Part shown: positions 48,848-59,267 of the stretch, piece after piece
Layout of the letters: every line of letters begins with the position of its first letter
Numbering within the stretch: position 1 is the stretch's first letter
Origin: an uncultured Nitrososphaerota archaeon
GTDB lineage: Archaea > Thermoproteota > Nitrososphaeria > Nitrososphaerales > Gagatemarchaeaceae
Assembly (NCBI GenBank): GCA_963718895.1
Contig: CAVRAG010000008.1
Span: 480,001-544,000, forward strand
Direction: 5' to 3'
DNA length: 64,000 bases
Notes under the pieces: generated by a model
Database searches by the model: none
Told to the model about the DNA's origin: nothing
The model's input: the letters and a program-made list of their open reading frames with translations, nothing else
Made by a program: the position numbers and the translations under genes

Positions 48848-50734
48848 CTATTTCTTGTCGTCTTCGACTACTTTGTAGTCGGCGTCGGTGACCTTCCCGT
48901 CCTCGGACGGCTCCTCGGGTCCGCCAGGAGGCGCGCCGCCGGGCTGGGGCCTCTGGGACGCCTGGGCCTGCTCGGCGGCCTTCTGGTAGACGGCGGACCC
49001 GATATCCTGCAGGGTCTTCCGCAGCGACTCCGTCTTGGACTTGACCTCTCCAAAGTCCTTGCTCTCGATCACCTTGCGGAGGTCCCTCGATGCCGCGTCG
49101 ATCTTGCCGACGTCGGCGTCGCTGATCTTGCCCGTGAGGTCGGTCTTGGTCTTCTCGGCCGTGTAGAGCAGGGAGTCCGCGTCGTTGAGCAGCTGCGCCT
49201 CCTCCATCTTCTTCTTGTCCTGGTCCGCGTACTGCTCGGCGTCCCTGACCATCTTCTCCTTCTCTTCCTTCGAGAGCTTCGTCGAGGCGCTGATCGTTAT
49301 CTTCGCCTCCTTTCCGGTCCCGAGGTCCTTGGCGGCCACGTTGAGAATCCCGCTGGCGTCGATCTCAAAGCCGACCTCGACCTGCGGCACTCCCCTGGGT
49401 GCGGGAGGAATCCCGGCCAGGTTGAACATCCCCAGCGATATGTTGTCGGCAGCCATCGCCCGTTCTCCCTGTAGGACGTGGATCGTCACGGTCGTCTGGA
49501 AGTCTGCCGCCGTCGAGAAGACCTGGGTCCTCTTGGTCGGGATCGTGGTGTTCTTCTCCACGACCTTGGTCATGATCCCACCCAGCGTCTCGACGCCGAG
49601 CGAGAGCGGCGTGACGTCGAGGAGGAGGATGTCCTTGACCTCGCCAGCCAGCACACCTCCCTGGATCGCCGCACCTATGGCGACGGCCTCCATCGGGTCG
49701 ACTCCTCTCTCGGCCGACTTGCCCATCACGTCCTCGACGGTCTTCCTGACGAGGGGCATGCGGGTCATGCCTCCGATGAGGATGACCTTCTGGATGTCCT
49801 TGATCTCGAGCTTCGCGTCGTGGACGACCCTCTTGATCGGCGACTCGATCTTCTCGACGATCGGTCTGGCGAGCTCCTCGAGCTTCGCCCGCGTCAGCGT
49901 GTAGTGGAGGTTCTTCGCTCCCGTCGAGTCGCTCGCGACGAACGGGAGGTCGATGTCCGTAGTTATCACGTTCGAGAGCTCTATCTTCGCCCTCTCCGCG
50001 GCTTCCTTGAGTCTCGCCATGGCGGTGCGGTCGTTCCTCAGGTCGATGCCCATCTTCGCCTTGAAGTCTTCGAGGAGGAGGTTGACTATCGAGTAGTCGA
50101 TGTCGGCCCCTCCGGTCTGCGTGTCGCCTGACGTCGCGAGGACCTGGAAGACTCCGCCTCCGAACTCCATCACCGTGACGTCGTGGGTACCGCCGCCGAA
50201 GCTGAAGACGAGCACCTTCATCTCCTTCTCCGTCTTGTCGAGGCCGAACGCGAGGCATGCGGCGGTCGGCTCGTTGATGATCCGGACGACCTCCAGGCCC
50301 GCTATCTCGCCTGCGTCCTTGGTCGCCTGCCTCTGGTTGTCGTTGAAGTGGGCGGGGACGGTTATGACCGCCTTCTTCACAGGGTAGCCGAGGAATGTCT
50401 CGGCGTCCTTCTTGATCTTCTGCAGGATGAACGAGCTGATCTGCTGCGGGTTGAAGACCTTCCCCTGCAGGCGGATCGTGTAGTCGGTGCCCATCTTCCG
50501 CTTTATCTCGAAGACCGTTCCCTCCGGGTTGGCGACGACCTGCCTCTTCGCGGGCTCGCCGACGAGGAGGGTGCCGTCGTTGGTGAACGCGACCACTGAC
50601 GGGAACATCTTCCCGGCCGCGGTCGGGCCTTCGGCGCTCGGGATTACCACCGGGCGACCAGCTTCCAGGACCGCGGCGGCCGAGTTGGTCGTGCCGAGGT
50701 CGATTCCGATTATCTTCTCTCTTGGTGTGCTCAT
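48848..50734 (-). CDS. dnaK: Chaperone DnaK
   Basis: [23 protein letters not shown]. Confidence 0.98.
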   Translation of the reverse strand: MSTPREKIIGIDLGTTNSAAAVLEAGRPVVIPSAEGPTAAGKMFPSVVAFTNDGTLLVGEPAKRQVVANPEGTVFEIKRKMGTDYTIRLQGKVFNPQQISSFILQKIKKDAETFLGYPVKKAVITVPAHFNDNQRQATKDAGEIAGLEVVRIINEPTAACLAFGLDKTEKEMKVLVFSFGGGTHDVTVMEFGGGVFQVLATSGDTQTGGADIDYSIVNLLLEDFKAKMGIDLRNDRTAMARLKEAAERAKIELSNVITTDIDLPFVASDSTGAKNLHYTLTRAKLEELARPIVEKIESPIKRVVHDAKLEIKDIQKVILIGGMTRMPLVRKTVEDVMGKSAERGVDPMEAVAIGAAIQGGVLAGEVKDILLLDVTPLSLGVETLGGIMTKVVEKNTTIPTKRTQVFSTAADFQTTVTIHVLQGERAMAADNISLGMFNLAGIPPAPRGVPQVEVGFEIDASGILNVAAKDLGTGKEAKITISASTKLSKEEKEKMVRDAEQYADQDKKKMEEAQLLNDADSLLYTAEKTKTDLTGKISDADVGKIDAASRDLRKVIESKDFGEVKSKTESLRKTLQDIGSAVYQKAAEQAQASQRPQPGGAPPGGPEEPSEDGKVTDADYKVVEDDKK

Positions 50735-51357
50735 CTTATTTCACTATCACTTTTCACTGCCGACTCCACCTTGACCAGGGTGGGGCGTAAGACCTTGTTC
50801 TTGAAGATGTAGCCTTTTCTGGTCTCGCCCACCACCATGTCAACCTTCGTCTCTGACCCGTCGACCCGCTCCACGGCTTCGTGCAGGTCGGGGTCGAACG
50901 GCATGCCGACAGCCTCTATGCTCTTCAGCCCTTCGCTCTCGAGGACCGCGCCGAGGTTCTTGCGGACCATGCCGACGCCCTCGAGCAGGCCCTTGGACTC
51001 GGGATTGGCCTCTGCAGAGCCGACGGCCAGATCAAGGTCGTCCAGGACGGGAAGCAGCTTCTTCATCAGCTCTCTCGTGGAGAAGTCCTCGGCGTCGCGC
51101 ATGTCGCGGTCGACCCGTTTCCTGTAGTTCTCGAAGTCGGCCTGCAGGTACTTCAGGCGGTTGAGGTGCTCCTCGCTCCTGCGCTTCTCCTCGTCCATGA
51201 GCTTCTGGGCCCTGTCCAGGTCTGCCTCGAGGTCCGAGTCGCGGTGCTTGTCCAGCTTCGACCTAAGCTCCTCCAACTCCTCGTCCCTCTCCTTGAGCTC
51301 CTGCCTCAACCTGATCACCTCGTCCTCCTCCCGGCCAGGGACGCGCTCATCTGGCAT
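50731..51357 (-). CDS. grpE: Nucleotide exchange factor GrpE
   Basis: [25 protein letters not shown]. Confidence 0.95.
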   Translation of the reverse strand: MPDERVPGREEDEVIRLRQELKERDEELEELRSKLDKHRDSDLEADLDRAQKLMDEEKRRSEEHLNRLKYLQADFENYRKRVDRDMRDAEDFSTRELMKKLLPVLDDLDLAVGSAEANPESKGLLEGVGMVRKNLGAVLESEGLKSIEAVGMPFDPDLHEAVERVDGSETKVDMVVGETRKGYIFKNKVLRPTLVKVESAVKSDSEIR

Positions 51358-51414
51358 TCGACCCACCTGTCGTAGCATCCGGGTAATTAACAACACAGCG
51401 CATAGCAATCAAGC

Positions 51415-51439
51415 AGTATACAACGCCGCGTTGTATACT
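51415..51439. promoter_or_regulatory. Perfect 25-bp palindrome upstream of grpE-dnaK-dnaJ
   Basis: AGTATACAACGC-C-GCGTTGTATACT. Confidence 0.6.
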
Positions 51440-51514
51440 AATAAATTTTGCTAGCCATCCGCCGCGGGTGGGGATGCACAAGCCTTAACCGCACCTCCCC
51501 GTTCCTAGGTCAGC

Positions 51515-52276
51515 TTGAGAGAGGAACAACTCAGAGAGAGACTTCTGAGGTTCGAACGCGAAGGCAGGCGCCTCACGAAGGACTCCAACGAGAGGAAGGT
51601 CATGGAGGAGGTCTTCGACAGGGCGACTCTCTGGGCTATCAACCATCTTCTCAGCAACGGTCAGCTGGAGTACCTCAACGGAGTTGTCAACACGGGCAAG
51701 GAGGCGCGCGTCTACTGGGGCGTGGCCCGCGACGGGACGCCCAGGGCGGTAAAAATCTATCTCACAGCCTCGGCCGAGTTCAAGAAGCGGCTCAGGTACA
51801 TCGCCGGCGACAGAAGGTTCGCCAGGATCCCGAGCTCCTCGCGTGACATCGTCAACCTCTGGGTCCAGAAGGAGTACAAGAACCTCCAGCTGGCGGAGGA
51901 GGCGGGCATACGGGTCCCGAAGCCCTACGCCTTCAACGAGAACGTCCTGGTCACCGAGTACATCGGCGTACCGCCCGGCCACGCGCCAATCTTCGCCGAG
52001 GTCCAGGTGGACGAGGTTGACTACAGGTGGACCATGAAGATGGTGAAGAAGCTGTACACGAAGGCGGGCCTGGTCCACGCCGACCTCTCCGAGTACAACA
52101 TCTTCAAGCTCGAAGGCTACAGGGTCCTCTTCGACATGGGCTCGGCGGTCCTCACGACGCACCCGGAATCAAGGGAACTTCTGCTGAGGGACGTGACCAA
52201 TCTCGTCAACTTCTTCAGGAGGCGGGGAATTTATGAGAAGGCTCCCGAGGAGATAGTGGAGTCGATAATACCATGA
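51515..52276 (+). CDS. rio1: Rio1 kinase
   Basis: TGKEARVY, AVKIY, HADLSEYN. Confidence 0.92.
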   Translation: MREEQLRERLLRFEREGRRLTKDSNERKVMEEVFDRATLWAINHLLSNGQLEYLNGVVNTGKEARVYWGVARDGTPRAVKIYLTASAEFKKRLRYIAGDRRFARIPSSSRDIVNLWVQKEYKNLQLAEEAGIRVPKPYAFNENVLVTEYIGVPPGHAPIFAEVQVDEVDYRWTMKMVKKLYTKAGLVHADLSEYNIFKLEGYRVLFDMGSAVLTTHPESRELLLRDVTNLVNFFRRRGIYEKAPEEIVESIIP

Positions 52277-52848
52277 GCTTCGAGCAGGCAGTCAGGGTGC
52301 CGCTGGAGAGGGTGGCCGCGGTCATAGGGAAGAAGGGCGAGACCAAGAAGCGCCTCGAGGAGGCCTGCCACGTCACCCTGGAGATCGACAGCCAGAGCGG
52401 GGAGATAACGGTCAAGAGCAATTCGCTCGAGGAAGGCGACCCCTTCAGGGCGATGAACGTCGTCGAGGCCGTTGGCAGGGGGTTCTCGCCACAGCGGGCT
52501 CTCAGGCTGATGGACCCGGAGACCGCTCTCGAGGTCATGGACCTCAGGGACTTCGGGAAGAGCGACAACAGCCTCGAGCGGATCAGGGGCAGGATCATCG
52601 GGCTCAACGGCAAGTCGAGGCGGGTGATCGAGGAGCTGACGAAGTGCTACGTCTCCGTGTACGGACGCACCGTCGCCATAATAGGAGAAATCACCGAGGT
52701 GAAGCTGGCCAAGGAGGCGATCGCTATGCTCGCGTCGGGGAGCAGACACAGGTCTGTCTACAACATGCTCCAGCGGGCGAGGACGAAGAGGAAGATGGAC
52801 CGCGTGCTCCTCTGGGAGGACCAGTCTCCCGAGGTCGAGCCTCACTGA
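52273..52848 (+). CDS. KH-domain rRNA-processing protein Dim2/Pno1
   Basis: VIGKKG, GRGFSP, RIRGRIIG. Confidence 0.9.
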   Translation: MSFEQAVRVPLERVAAVIGKKGETKKRLEEACHVTLEIDSQSGEITVKSNSLEEGDPFRAMNVVEAVGRGFSPQRALRLMDPETALEVMDLRDFGKSDNSLERIRGRIIGLNGKSRRVIEELTKCYVSVYGRTVAIIGEITEVKLAKEAIAMLASGSRHRSVYNMLQRARTKRKMDRVLLWEDQSPEVEPH

Positions 52849-55478
52849 CTCTTGAGTAGCTGAATCTTGTCGGGAAGATAGGTATCGACGATATAGCTGA
52901 GACCGTACCTAGAGAACGCTTCCTGCTCGCTCTTCTTCTTGATCCTGAGGAAGGTGTCCAGCTCTTCGTGCCACATCCTGTCCTTGTAGCGCGGGTCGGC
53001 CTTGAGCTCGTAGAGCCTCTTGATGTCGATCTCGGTGAGCGGGTCCGAGGGGAGCTTGTACTTGACGATGTCCGAGTTGTGAAGCAGGAGCCCTCCAACC
53101 CCTCCGACAAAGGTGTGAACACCCTCGACCTCGAGGTCATACACGGGTTGCGACGTCCTGCCGAGGTTAGCGACGCTCTTCACAGGGAGGAGAACGATCT
53201 TATTTTCGACCAACCACGACAGCGTCTTGAGGCGCTCATCCTCAAGCGGGGCCTCGAGCATCTCAAGCCCTTTGGCGAGTCGCTCATAGCCTATCGAGGT
53301 ACTCCCATGTCCTGTGAAGAGAAGCTGATGGAGCGCCGTCTTCGCTCCCCTTGGAACGCGCCGCCTCATCTCGTCCCTCAGACCATACACGAGGTCTCCA
53401 GGCATGCTCTGAATCTTGGACTTTGTAGCGGTCGGCTTCCTGCAGATTTCGTTGACCAGGTCCTGGATTCCGGAAGCTTCAGCGCACGATACCACGTAGG
53501 CGGTCCCGCTCTTCCAGACGTAGGCTACGCAGTCCAGCTGCCTAAGGAGGACCACCAAGTCGGAGGCGAGCGTTCTGGAGACAGTCTTCAGGGACAGGCG
53601 TGTGTTGACGTCGTAGTTTACCGTCCTATCACCCCGGAAGCAGCCCCTTAGGAACTCGGTCTTGACCAGGTCAGGAGTGTTGAGGAACACGAAGGGGACG
53701 CGCTTGCTCCGGACGCCGTCGCCCGCCCTCAGTGCATCGCAGACGATTCTGACGAGCAGGCTGTTGCCGTACCTAATCCTCGTTGCGTGATGCCGCGCTT
53801 CCACTCTTCCGCGAATACCTAGGGAAGCACTCATGCAGTCCAGGGCGTCGTTAACGTACTCCTGCTCGCTCGAAGCGAAGGTCAGCTCGCAGCACCCGGT
53901 CTTGGATCCCGCCGAAAACCCGCCCTCCGCCGCATGGTAGCCCATGAGACGCCCGAACTTCGCGATTTGTGTTATCACCACGGGAAGTCTTTGGGTTGAG
54001 TACCTCAGCCTAAGCCGTCCTTCACTGGGCATTCGTCCCTCCTTGAGGAAGTACGAGAGCTTCACTCCGCCATGCTTGAGCACCTGATAGAACTGCTCTC
54101 GCAAAATCTTCTTGGGGTAGATGGTTCGGAGTTCCCTCGCGAAGTCGTCAGCTTGCTCGCCTTCAACGAAGACATCCTCTGCCAGTTGTGGGCATTCCCG
54201 AGCGACAGCTTGCGCAAGATTGATTTCCTTTAGGCTCTCGTTGTTCGGAAGCCTGAAGCATGACGCCACCAGGTCGCCTTCTGCCAACTGGTCGACTGGC
54301 TTCGACTGGAAGGAGAAGGAATCCCTGTCGAAGACTTCTATGCTGTGGTTTCCCGTGGTCTTAACGCTGAAGCCCCCAGGTGTCCTTATCTCGTACAAAT
54401 CGCCGCTGTACTTGTGTTTGGTGAAGGCGGAGACGGGCATCACCCCTAGCCTTCCGGAGGATGAGCAGCACAGGGCGTTGACTTTCGTGGCTGCGGGCCA
54501 AGTCGCCTCGGTAGAGTCGCGTACGCTTTTGACCGAGTCGTAGAGTTCGCTAATCGCCTCGTTTCTTATCAGGCCATCCCGCTCTATAATGACAGGTTCG
54601 TCCCCCGTCACACTTGCCCAGACCCCCAGCCAGACGGCGGAGGGGGTGGTGAGGTCCCTGAGGTGCGCCGCGGCGGCTGAGCCGGATTTGATCACCATGG
54701 CGATGTGGGCCCCCCACGGGTCTGCGTCGCACAGGATGCCTATCGGGAGCTTGAGCTCCTGGTGGAGCCTCCTCAGCAGGTAGCGAGTCGAGCGCGGGGG
54801 CTGCCCGGCGGTGTTGACCAGGATTGCCTTGTACTTCTCATGGACTTTCTCCTCGATGAACCTGGTGAACAGGCCGCCCTTCTCGATTGCGAGGACCATC
54901 TCGGCGTCGGTGTCCCTGAACTCGGCGGTCGTGAGCGCGGGCCCGATCATCATCCCGTCCGGGTGCGAGGAAAGGTCGAGGCGCTTGCCCTCGTACCCCT
55001 TGACGGTGTACTCCACCGTGAGGTTCCCGAAGATCGCGCTCCTCTCTTCCGGGAAGACGTTGAACTCCTCCCTCGCGGACTCGAGTAGCACCTCGAGGTC
55101 GGTGATGAGCTCGTCGGACTCGGCCTGGTCCATGAACTCCACGTTGAAGGCCTGGGCGGAGTAGTAGACGTCTCTCAGCGTCGACGTCCTCTTCTCGGCG
55201 ACGAGCTTCCTCGAGAAGAACGCGAGCCAGAGTAGCTGCGTGAACGGCCTGATGTGCTTGATGTTGCCCGCCGACCTCCTGACCGAGCTGGACCCGAGGA
55301 TGAACTGCTGCAGCTTCTTGTCGTAGACGATGTTCCGCACCGACCTGCTGGCGAAGGTCACGCTGGGGAACTTCCCGCTGTCGAGGTCCTGGTAGACGTT
55401 CTGCCCGAGCGTCTTGAGGGCCTTCTCGACCTTCTCCTTCCTGGCTTCAGCGGTAGTCTTCGATCGTGGTTTGCTCAA
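52842..55478 (-). CDS. top6A: DNA topoisomerase VI subunit A, intein-containing
   Basis: TLRDVYY, IEKGG, DADPWG, EQEA; 365-aa extein after splicing. Confidence 0.93.
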   Translation of the reverse strand: MSKPRSKTTAEARKEKVEKALKTLGQNVYQDLDSGKFPSVTFASRSVRNIVYDKKLQQFILGSSSVRRSAGNIKHIRPFTQLLWLAFFSRKLVAEKRTSTLRDVYYSAQAFNVEFMDQAESDELITDLEVLLESAREEFNVFPEERSAIFGNLTVEYTVKGYEGKRLDLSSHPDGMMIGPALTTAEFRDTDAEMVLAIEKGGLFTRFIEEKVHEKYKAILVNTAGQPPRSTRYLLRRLHQELKLPIGILCDADPWGAHIAMVIKSGSAAAAHLRDLTTPSAVWLGVWASVTGDEPVIIERDGLIRNEAISELYDSVKSVRDSTEATWPAATKVNALCCSSSGRLGVMPVSAFTKHKYSGDLYEIRTPGGFSVKTTGNHSIEVFDRDSFSFQSKPVDQLAEGDLVASCFRLPNNESLKEINLAQAVARECPQLAEDVFVEGEQADDFARELRTIYPKKILREQFYQVLKHGGVKLSYFLKEGRMPSEGRLRLRYSTQRLPVVITQIAKFGRLMGYHAAEGGFSAGSKTGCCELTFASSEQEYVNDALDCMSASLGIRGRVEARHHATRIRYGNSLLVRIVCDALRAGDGVRSKRVPFVFLNTPDLVKTEFLRGCFRGDRTVNYDVNTRLSLKTVSRTLASDLVVLLRQLDCVAYVWKSGTAYVVSCAEASGIQDLVNEICRKPTATKSKIQSMPGDLVYGLRDEMRRRVPRGAKTALHQLLFTGHGSTSIGYERLAKGLEMLEAPLEDERLKTLSWLVENKIVLLPVKSVANLGRTSQPVYDLEVEGVHTFVGGVGGLLLHNSDIVKYKLPSDPLTEIDIKRLYELKADPRYKDRMWHEELDTFLRIKKKSEQEAFSRYGLSYIVDTYLPDKIQLLKSQ
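53076..54614 (-). mobile_element. 513-aa intein with LAGLIDADG-type domain
   Basis: WA|SVTGDEPVII, TTGNHS, MGYHAAEG and FLRGCFRGD motifs, VYDLEV..LLLHN|S. Confidence 0.9.
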
Positions 55479-57067
55479 TTACCTTTTCACCATTCTTCCC
55501 GGCTTCGGCAGTCCCGGACTTCTCGGCCATCTCCTCCTGGACCTCCTCGATCTCGGCTTCTTCCTGCTTGATGAGCTGGTGGTACCTCGGCTCCTTCTTC
55601 TGGCCGGCCAACTCGGTGGAGAACTGCGCTATGAGGGGGAGGTACCTCTCGTAGATGCCCATCTTCCTCTGGACGGCCGCCATGGACCCTTTCTTCGAGA
55701 GGAAGAGGCTGAGCCGCCTGAGGGTCTCCCTCACGGCGTTGCGGATCTCGGACTCGATCTCGGGCCTGTCGGCGATGTACTCCTTGCCGACGGTCTTGTA
55801 GGGAATCTTGGTCGAACAGATGTGGGTGATTATCCCGATCGGGGCGTCCTCGGGAACGTGGTAGCGCCTCCAGTCTATCTCCTCGTTGAGCACCTTGAAC
55901 GAGACGTCGTTGCCCTCGTCGTAGAGCAGGGGTATGCGATTCGCGAACCTGAAGAGCTTCCTCCCGGGCTCGAGGAGCTTCCCTCCGTAGACAAGCCCGA
56001 CCTCGACCAGAAACGGAAACCCGGAGTAAGACGATGGCGGTCTCACGACGACGGTGGAGAACTCCGGCTGCAGCTCCTTCATGATCCCGGTCTGGAGAAT
56101 CGGCTCCCCCACTGGTGAGAGGCAGGACGCGTCCGGCGGGAGGAACTCGGGATATCTCTGGAGAGCGTCGACAACCCTGACTATCTGTTCGTTCGAGAGC
56201 TTCTCGGGGGCGATCCTGGTCTCGATGCCGGCGAAGTTGAGGAACTTCCTTGCGTTGGTCTCGCCGACCCTGTGGAAGTGCTTGTTCCCCATGAACTTCT
56301 CCATCGTCTTCTCATCGGTGAGCTTGATCATCCGCTTGAACGCCTCGACGTCCACGCCGTACGGGTGCGGAAGGGTCTCCTTCGGCGCGGGGGGCATCGA
56401 CTCGGTGGCCCTCTCGTAGGTGGTGATCCTGCCTATCGGGTCGACGAAGGTGAGGTTGGCGTATGACCCGACGAGTGCTGTCTGCTTGAAGTACTCGTTG
56501 ATCTTCTGCGCCGCTCTGGTGAAGTCGCCCTCGAGGATGACGTCGACCCTTGTGCCCGTCTTCTCGGCGCCGTCCTCGGTGTCCTTTCGGAGGATGATGG
56601 GCTTGTTCTCGGAGATGTCTATGAGCATCTCGAAGATGTGCCTGCTCTTGCCGTCGGTCGAGGTCGTGATCTTCACGGGCTTGTTCGTCGTTATCTGGCC
56701 GTAGAGGATGGCCATCGTCCCTCCCATTCCGAACATCCCTCTGGACTGCCTCAGTACGTACTTGGAGCCATAGAAGACCTTCCCGAACGCCCTCGGGACG
56801 TGGTGGGGGTCGACTCCGGGACCGTTGTCTGCGACGGTGACCCTGTAGGCCTTCGGCTCCTGGTTTGCGTTCTCGGCGGAGGGGTCGTCGGCCACGATGC
56901 GGACGTAGATGTCGGGGAGGATGCCGGCGAGCTCCGTGGCGTCGAGCGAGTTCTCCACGAGCTCCCTTACGGCCATGTAGAGCGCCCTCGCGGGGTTGGT
57001 GAAACCAGCTAGGTCGCGGTTACGGTAGAAAGAATTCAGATGGACTAATCTCGGAGAAAGTCACCAA
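55447..57067 (-). CDS. top6B: DNA topoisomerase VI subunit B; N-terminus joined by a +1 frameshift near 57030
   Basis: ELVENSLDA, DNGPG, QSRGMFGMG, RFANRIPL; upstream MVTFSEISPSEF | FYRNRDLAGF, with SD GGAGGTGA at 57077-57084. Confidence 0.9.
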
Positions 57068-57072
57068 TCTGT

Positions 57073-57282
57073 TCACTCACCTCCGGAAATGCCGCCGTAC
57101 CATTGATTCAGAATAGACATTGTGTCTGCCCTCGCCGTGCAGTGCTGAGTTCGGCAAGAAATCAGGTCGTTCCGCACGAAAGTGTAAGATCTTTCTGTCT
57201 TGGATGCGATTTCGTTGATTGACATCCCTCCAGCGTACAATGAAGGGAACACGCTCGGGGAAATCTCAGAAGATGTTACCAA
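57073..57282 (-). pseudogene. Duplicated top6B N-terminus fused to an HTH remnant (possible decayed selfish gene)
   Basis: MVTSSEISPSVF followed by LYAGGMSINEIASKTERSYTFVRNDL. Confidence 0.5.
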
Positions 57283-57507
57283 GTTACCTGATTAGCACCT
57301 TACTAACGTCTCGCGGCAGGGGTTCTATTAAAATTAGATTATAATGAGTTCTGTCAATCCCTTTGCCCGAAGCTGACGTTGACTCTCAACCGTCCACTCT
57401 GAGGATTTACCGTCCTCTCCTGGGACGGGTTCAGACATAGTCGGCTCAGGTCCAGAATCCCGCTGCAACAAAAAGGGAGGAGAGGCCCAGGCCTGTTGAG
57501 CCCAGAC

Positions 57508-57897
57508 CTACCCTATCTTGTAGCGCTTCGCGAGCTTGACGATCATGAAGATGACGAAGGCTACGATCACGAAGGTGATGATAGCATTCAGGAAGTCCCC
57601 TAGGGCGAAGCTCTGCCCGCGGAAGATGGCGGTGTAGCTGGTCAGGTTGGCCCCAGGGTAGACTAGCCCGATTATGGGGAGGATCAGGTCGCCCACGAGT
57701 GCCTTTACTAGTGCGCCTAGATAGACACCGAGAATGAACGCGACAGCAAGCCCGAGAACCTTGTAGTCCGAGAGGAAGGCCTTGAATTCAGGTCCAATGC
57801 CCTTGGGCGCGGGAGGAGGTGGTGGCGGCGTTGCTGGAGTGAGCAGTTTCTTTATCTCGCGAAGCTCAGCAAGCATCTCTTCGTCTGTGGCCGTCAT
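57508..57897 (-). CDS. mscL: Large-conductance mechanosensitive channel
   Basis: EFKAFL..VLGLAVAFILG, GDFLNAIITFVIVAF. Confidence 0.9.
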   Translation of the reverse strand: MTATDEEMLAELREIKKLLTPATPPPPPPAPKGIGPEFKAFLSDYKVLGLAVAFILGVYLGALVKALVGDLILPIIGLVYPGANLTSYTAIFRGQSFALGDFLNAIITFVIVAFVIFMIVKLAKRYKIG

Positions 57898-58022
57898 TGC
57901 GCGGAGAGGCCTTGAAACCGCATTTAAGCGTTGATGATGGAGAACCGGAGCGGCTGCGGTCCGTGGTGTCCGAGGATAGCAAACAGCTTAATTACTTGCA
58001 AAAGGCGCGCGGAACCAGCGAA

Positions 58023-58232
58023 ATGACTCTAGATGCACCCGGCTCGAGGGTGAGCATGATGATAAGGCTCGTGGGCCTTCTCATCGCGGCCCTTGGCCTG
58101 GTCCTGACCTACTTCACCTATCAAGGGGCAAGCCAGGCCAGCATCGTTCCGCAGATCGTCCCTGTGTTCTATCTTGGATCAGGCCTGCTGGTGATCGTGG
58201 GCGTGGTCGCCGTCATCGCGCGCTACAAGTAG
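58023..58232 (+). CDS. Small two-TM hypothetical protein
   Basis: Hydrophobic ORF with GC3-rich codons. Confidence 0.55.
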   Translation: MTLDAPGSRVSMMIRLVGLLIAALGLVLTYFTYQGASQASIVPQIVPVFYLGSGLLVIVGVVAVIARYK

Positions 58233-58355
58233 TCGTCCCCGGCGCGTCCTCCCGGATTCTGCCGTGGTCGACGGGATGGACGCGGTCTCAGTGCTTTCGA
58301 GAATCACGTCCGGTACACATCAAGCTCGGTGTATAGGGTAGGGCGTCTGAGACGC

Positions 58356-59267
58356 CTAGAAGACGAGGCCCATGACCAGATATCCTGCCAGCAAGAGCAG
58401 GCCGGTCCAGAGGGTAGCCATGACCATGCTGGCCATGCCCGGAATCAGTTCCACCACCTTGTCATGCTCCAGACTGAGGACGCGCGTCGCGGCCCAGGCC
58501 TTTGGCAGGGCGAGCAGAGAGAGCAGAGCAAGAGGGGTGACGTACCCTGCGACCACGCCGGCCACAAGCACCACGTATGCTCCCGCGACGAGGACCCTGA
58601 AGCGGGCCGCGGCCTTGGCCTTTCCCCACCTCGCGACGAGGTGCCGGCGTCCGACCGCCATGTCGGCGACCGTGTCCGGGAACTCGTTGATGTACAGGAT
58701 GCCTGCGACCATAATCCCGAGCGTCGTCCCCAGCAAGAACGGTTCGACGGCGAGCCGTCCGGTCTGAAGGAAGTAGGTTCCGAGGATCAGGAGCGGCCCG
58801 AAGTTCAGGCCCGCCACGAGCTCGCCGATTCCCCAACGGGAGAGCAATGTGGTGTAGGCCACTATCGCGACCGAAGAGATTGCGATTATGCCGATGAGGA
58901 CTGGGCTGAACGCGAACTTGAGGAAGAAGTAACCTCCTATAGCAAGACCGACTGCTAGAAATGCAATTCCTCCGCGGAGGACGCTCTTCGGCGTCAGCTG
59001 CCTCTCAGGGAGAACCCTGCTCCCCCCGCTGAAGGGGGTAGGTGTCGTCGCGAGGTCCAGACCGCTTTGGAAGTCGAAGTAGTCGTTCAGGACGTTCACG
59101 CTGGCGTGCATGCAGATGGCGCCGATGAAGGTCAGTATCGCGGTCGGCAGGTCGAAGCTGCCATGGACCCACGCGACAGCGACGCCGAGGGGGACGAATA
59201 TCGTTGGAAGGAGCAGGAACGGAGCCCGGACTTCTCTGATCCAGACGCTGAGTCGCGTCGCTGGCAT
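58356..59267 (-). CDS. UbiA/MenA-family prenyltransferase
   Basis: NVLNDYFDF.SGLD, FSGGSR, NEFPD..AD. Confidence 0.88.
   Translation of the reverse strand: MPATRLSVWIREVRAPFLLLPTIFVPLGVAVAWVHGSFDLPTAILTFIGAICMHASVNVLNDYFDFQSGLDLATTPTPFSGGSRVLPERQLTPKSVLRGGIAFLAVGLAIGGYFFLKFAFSPVLIGIIAISSVAIVAYTTLLSRWGIGELVAGLNFGPLLILGTYFLQTGRLAVEPFLLGTTLGIMVAGILYINEFPDTVADMAVGRRHLVARWGKAKAAARFRVLVAGAYVVLVAGVVAGYVTPLALLSLLALPKAWAATRVLSLEHDKVVELIPGMASMVMATLWTGLLLLAGYLVMGLVF

Noticed and set aside
36881-50258. Many long antisense or alternative-frame ORFs (e.g. 36881-38014, 42881-43885, 49365-50258)
   Set aside because: Shadow ORFs expected from high GC3 over well-supported genes
57030-57247. BHB-type mRNA intron whose removal would repair the top6B frame
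   Set aside because: The central 4-bp helix does not form in the register I tested; other registers were not checked exhaustively
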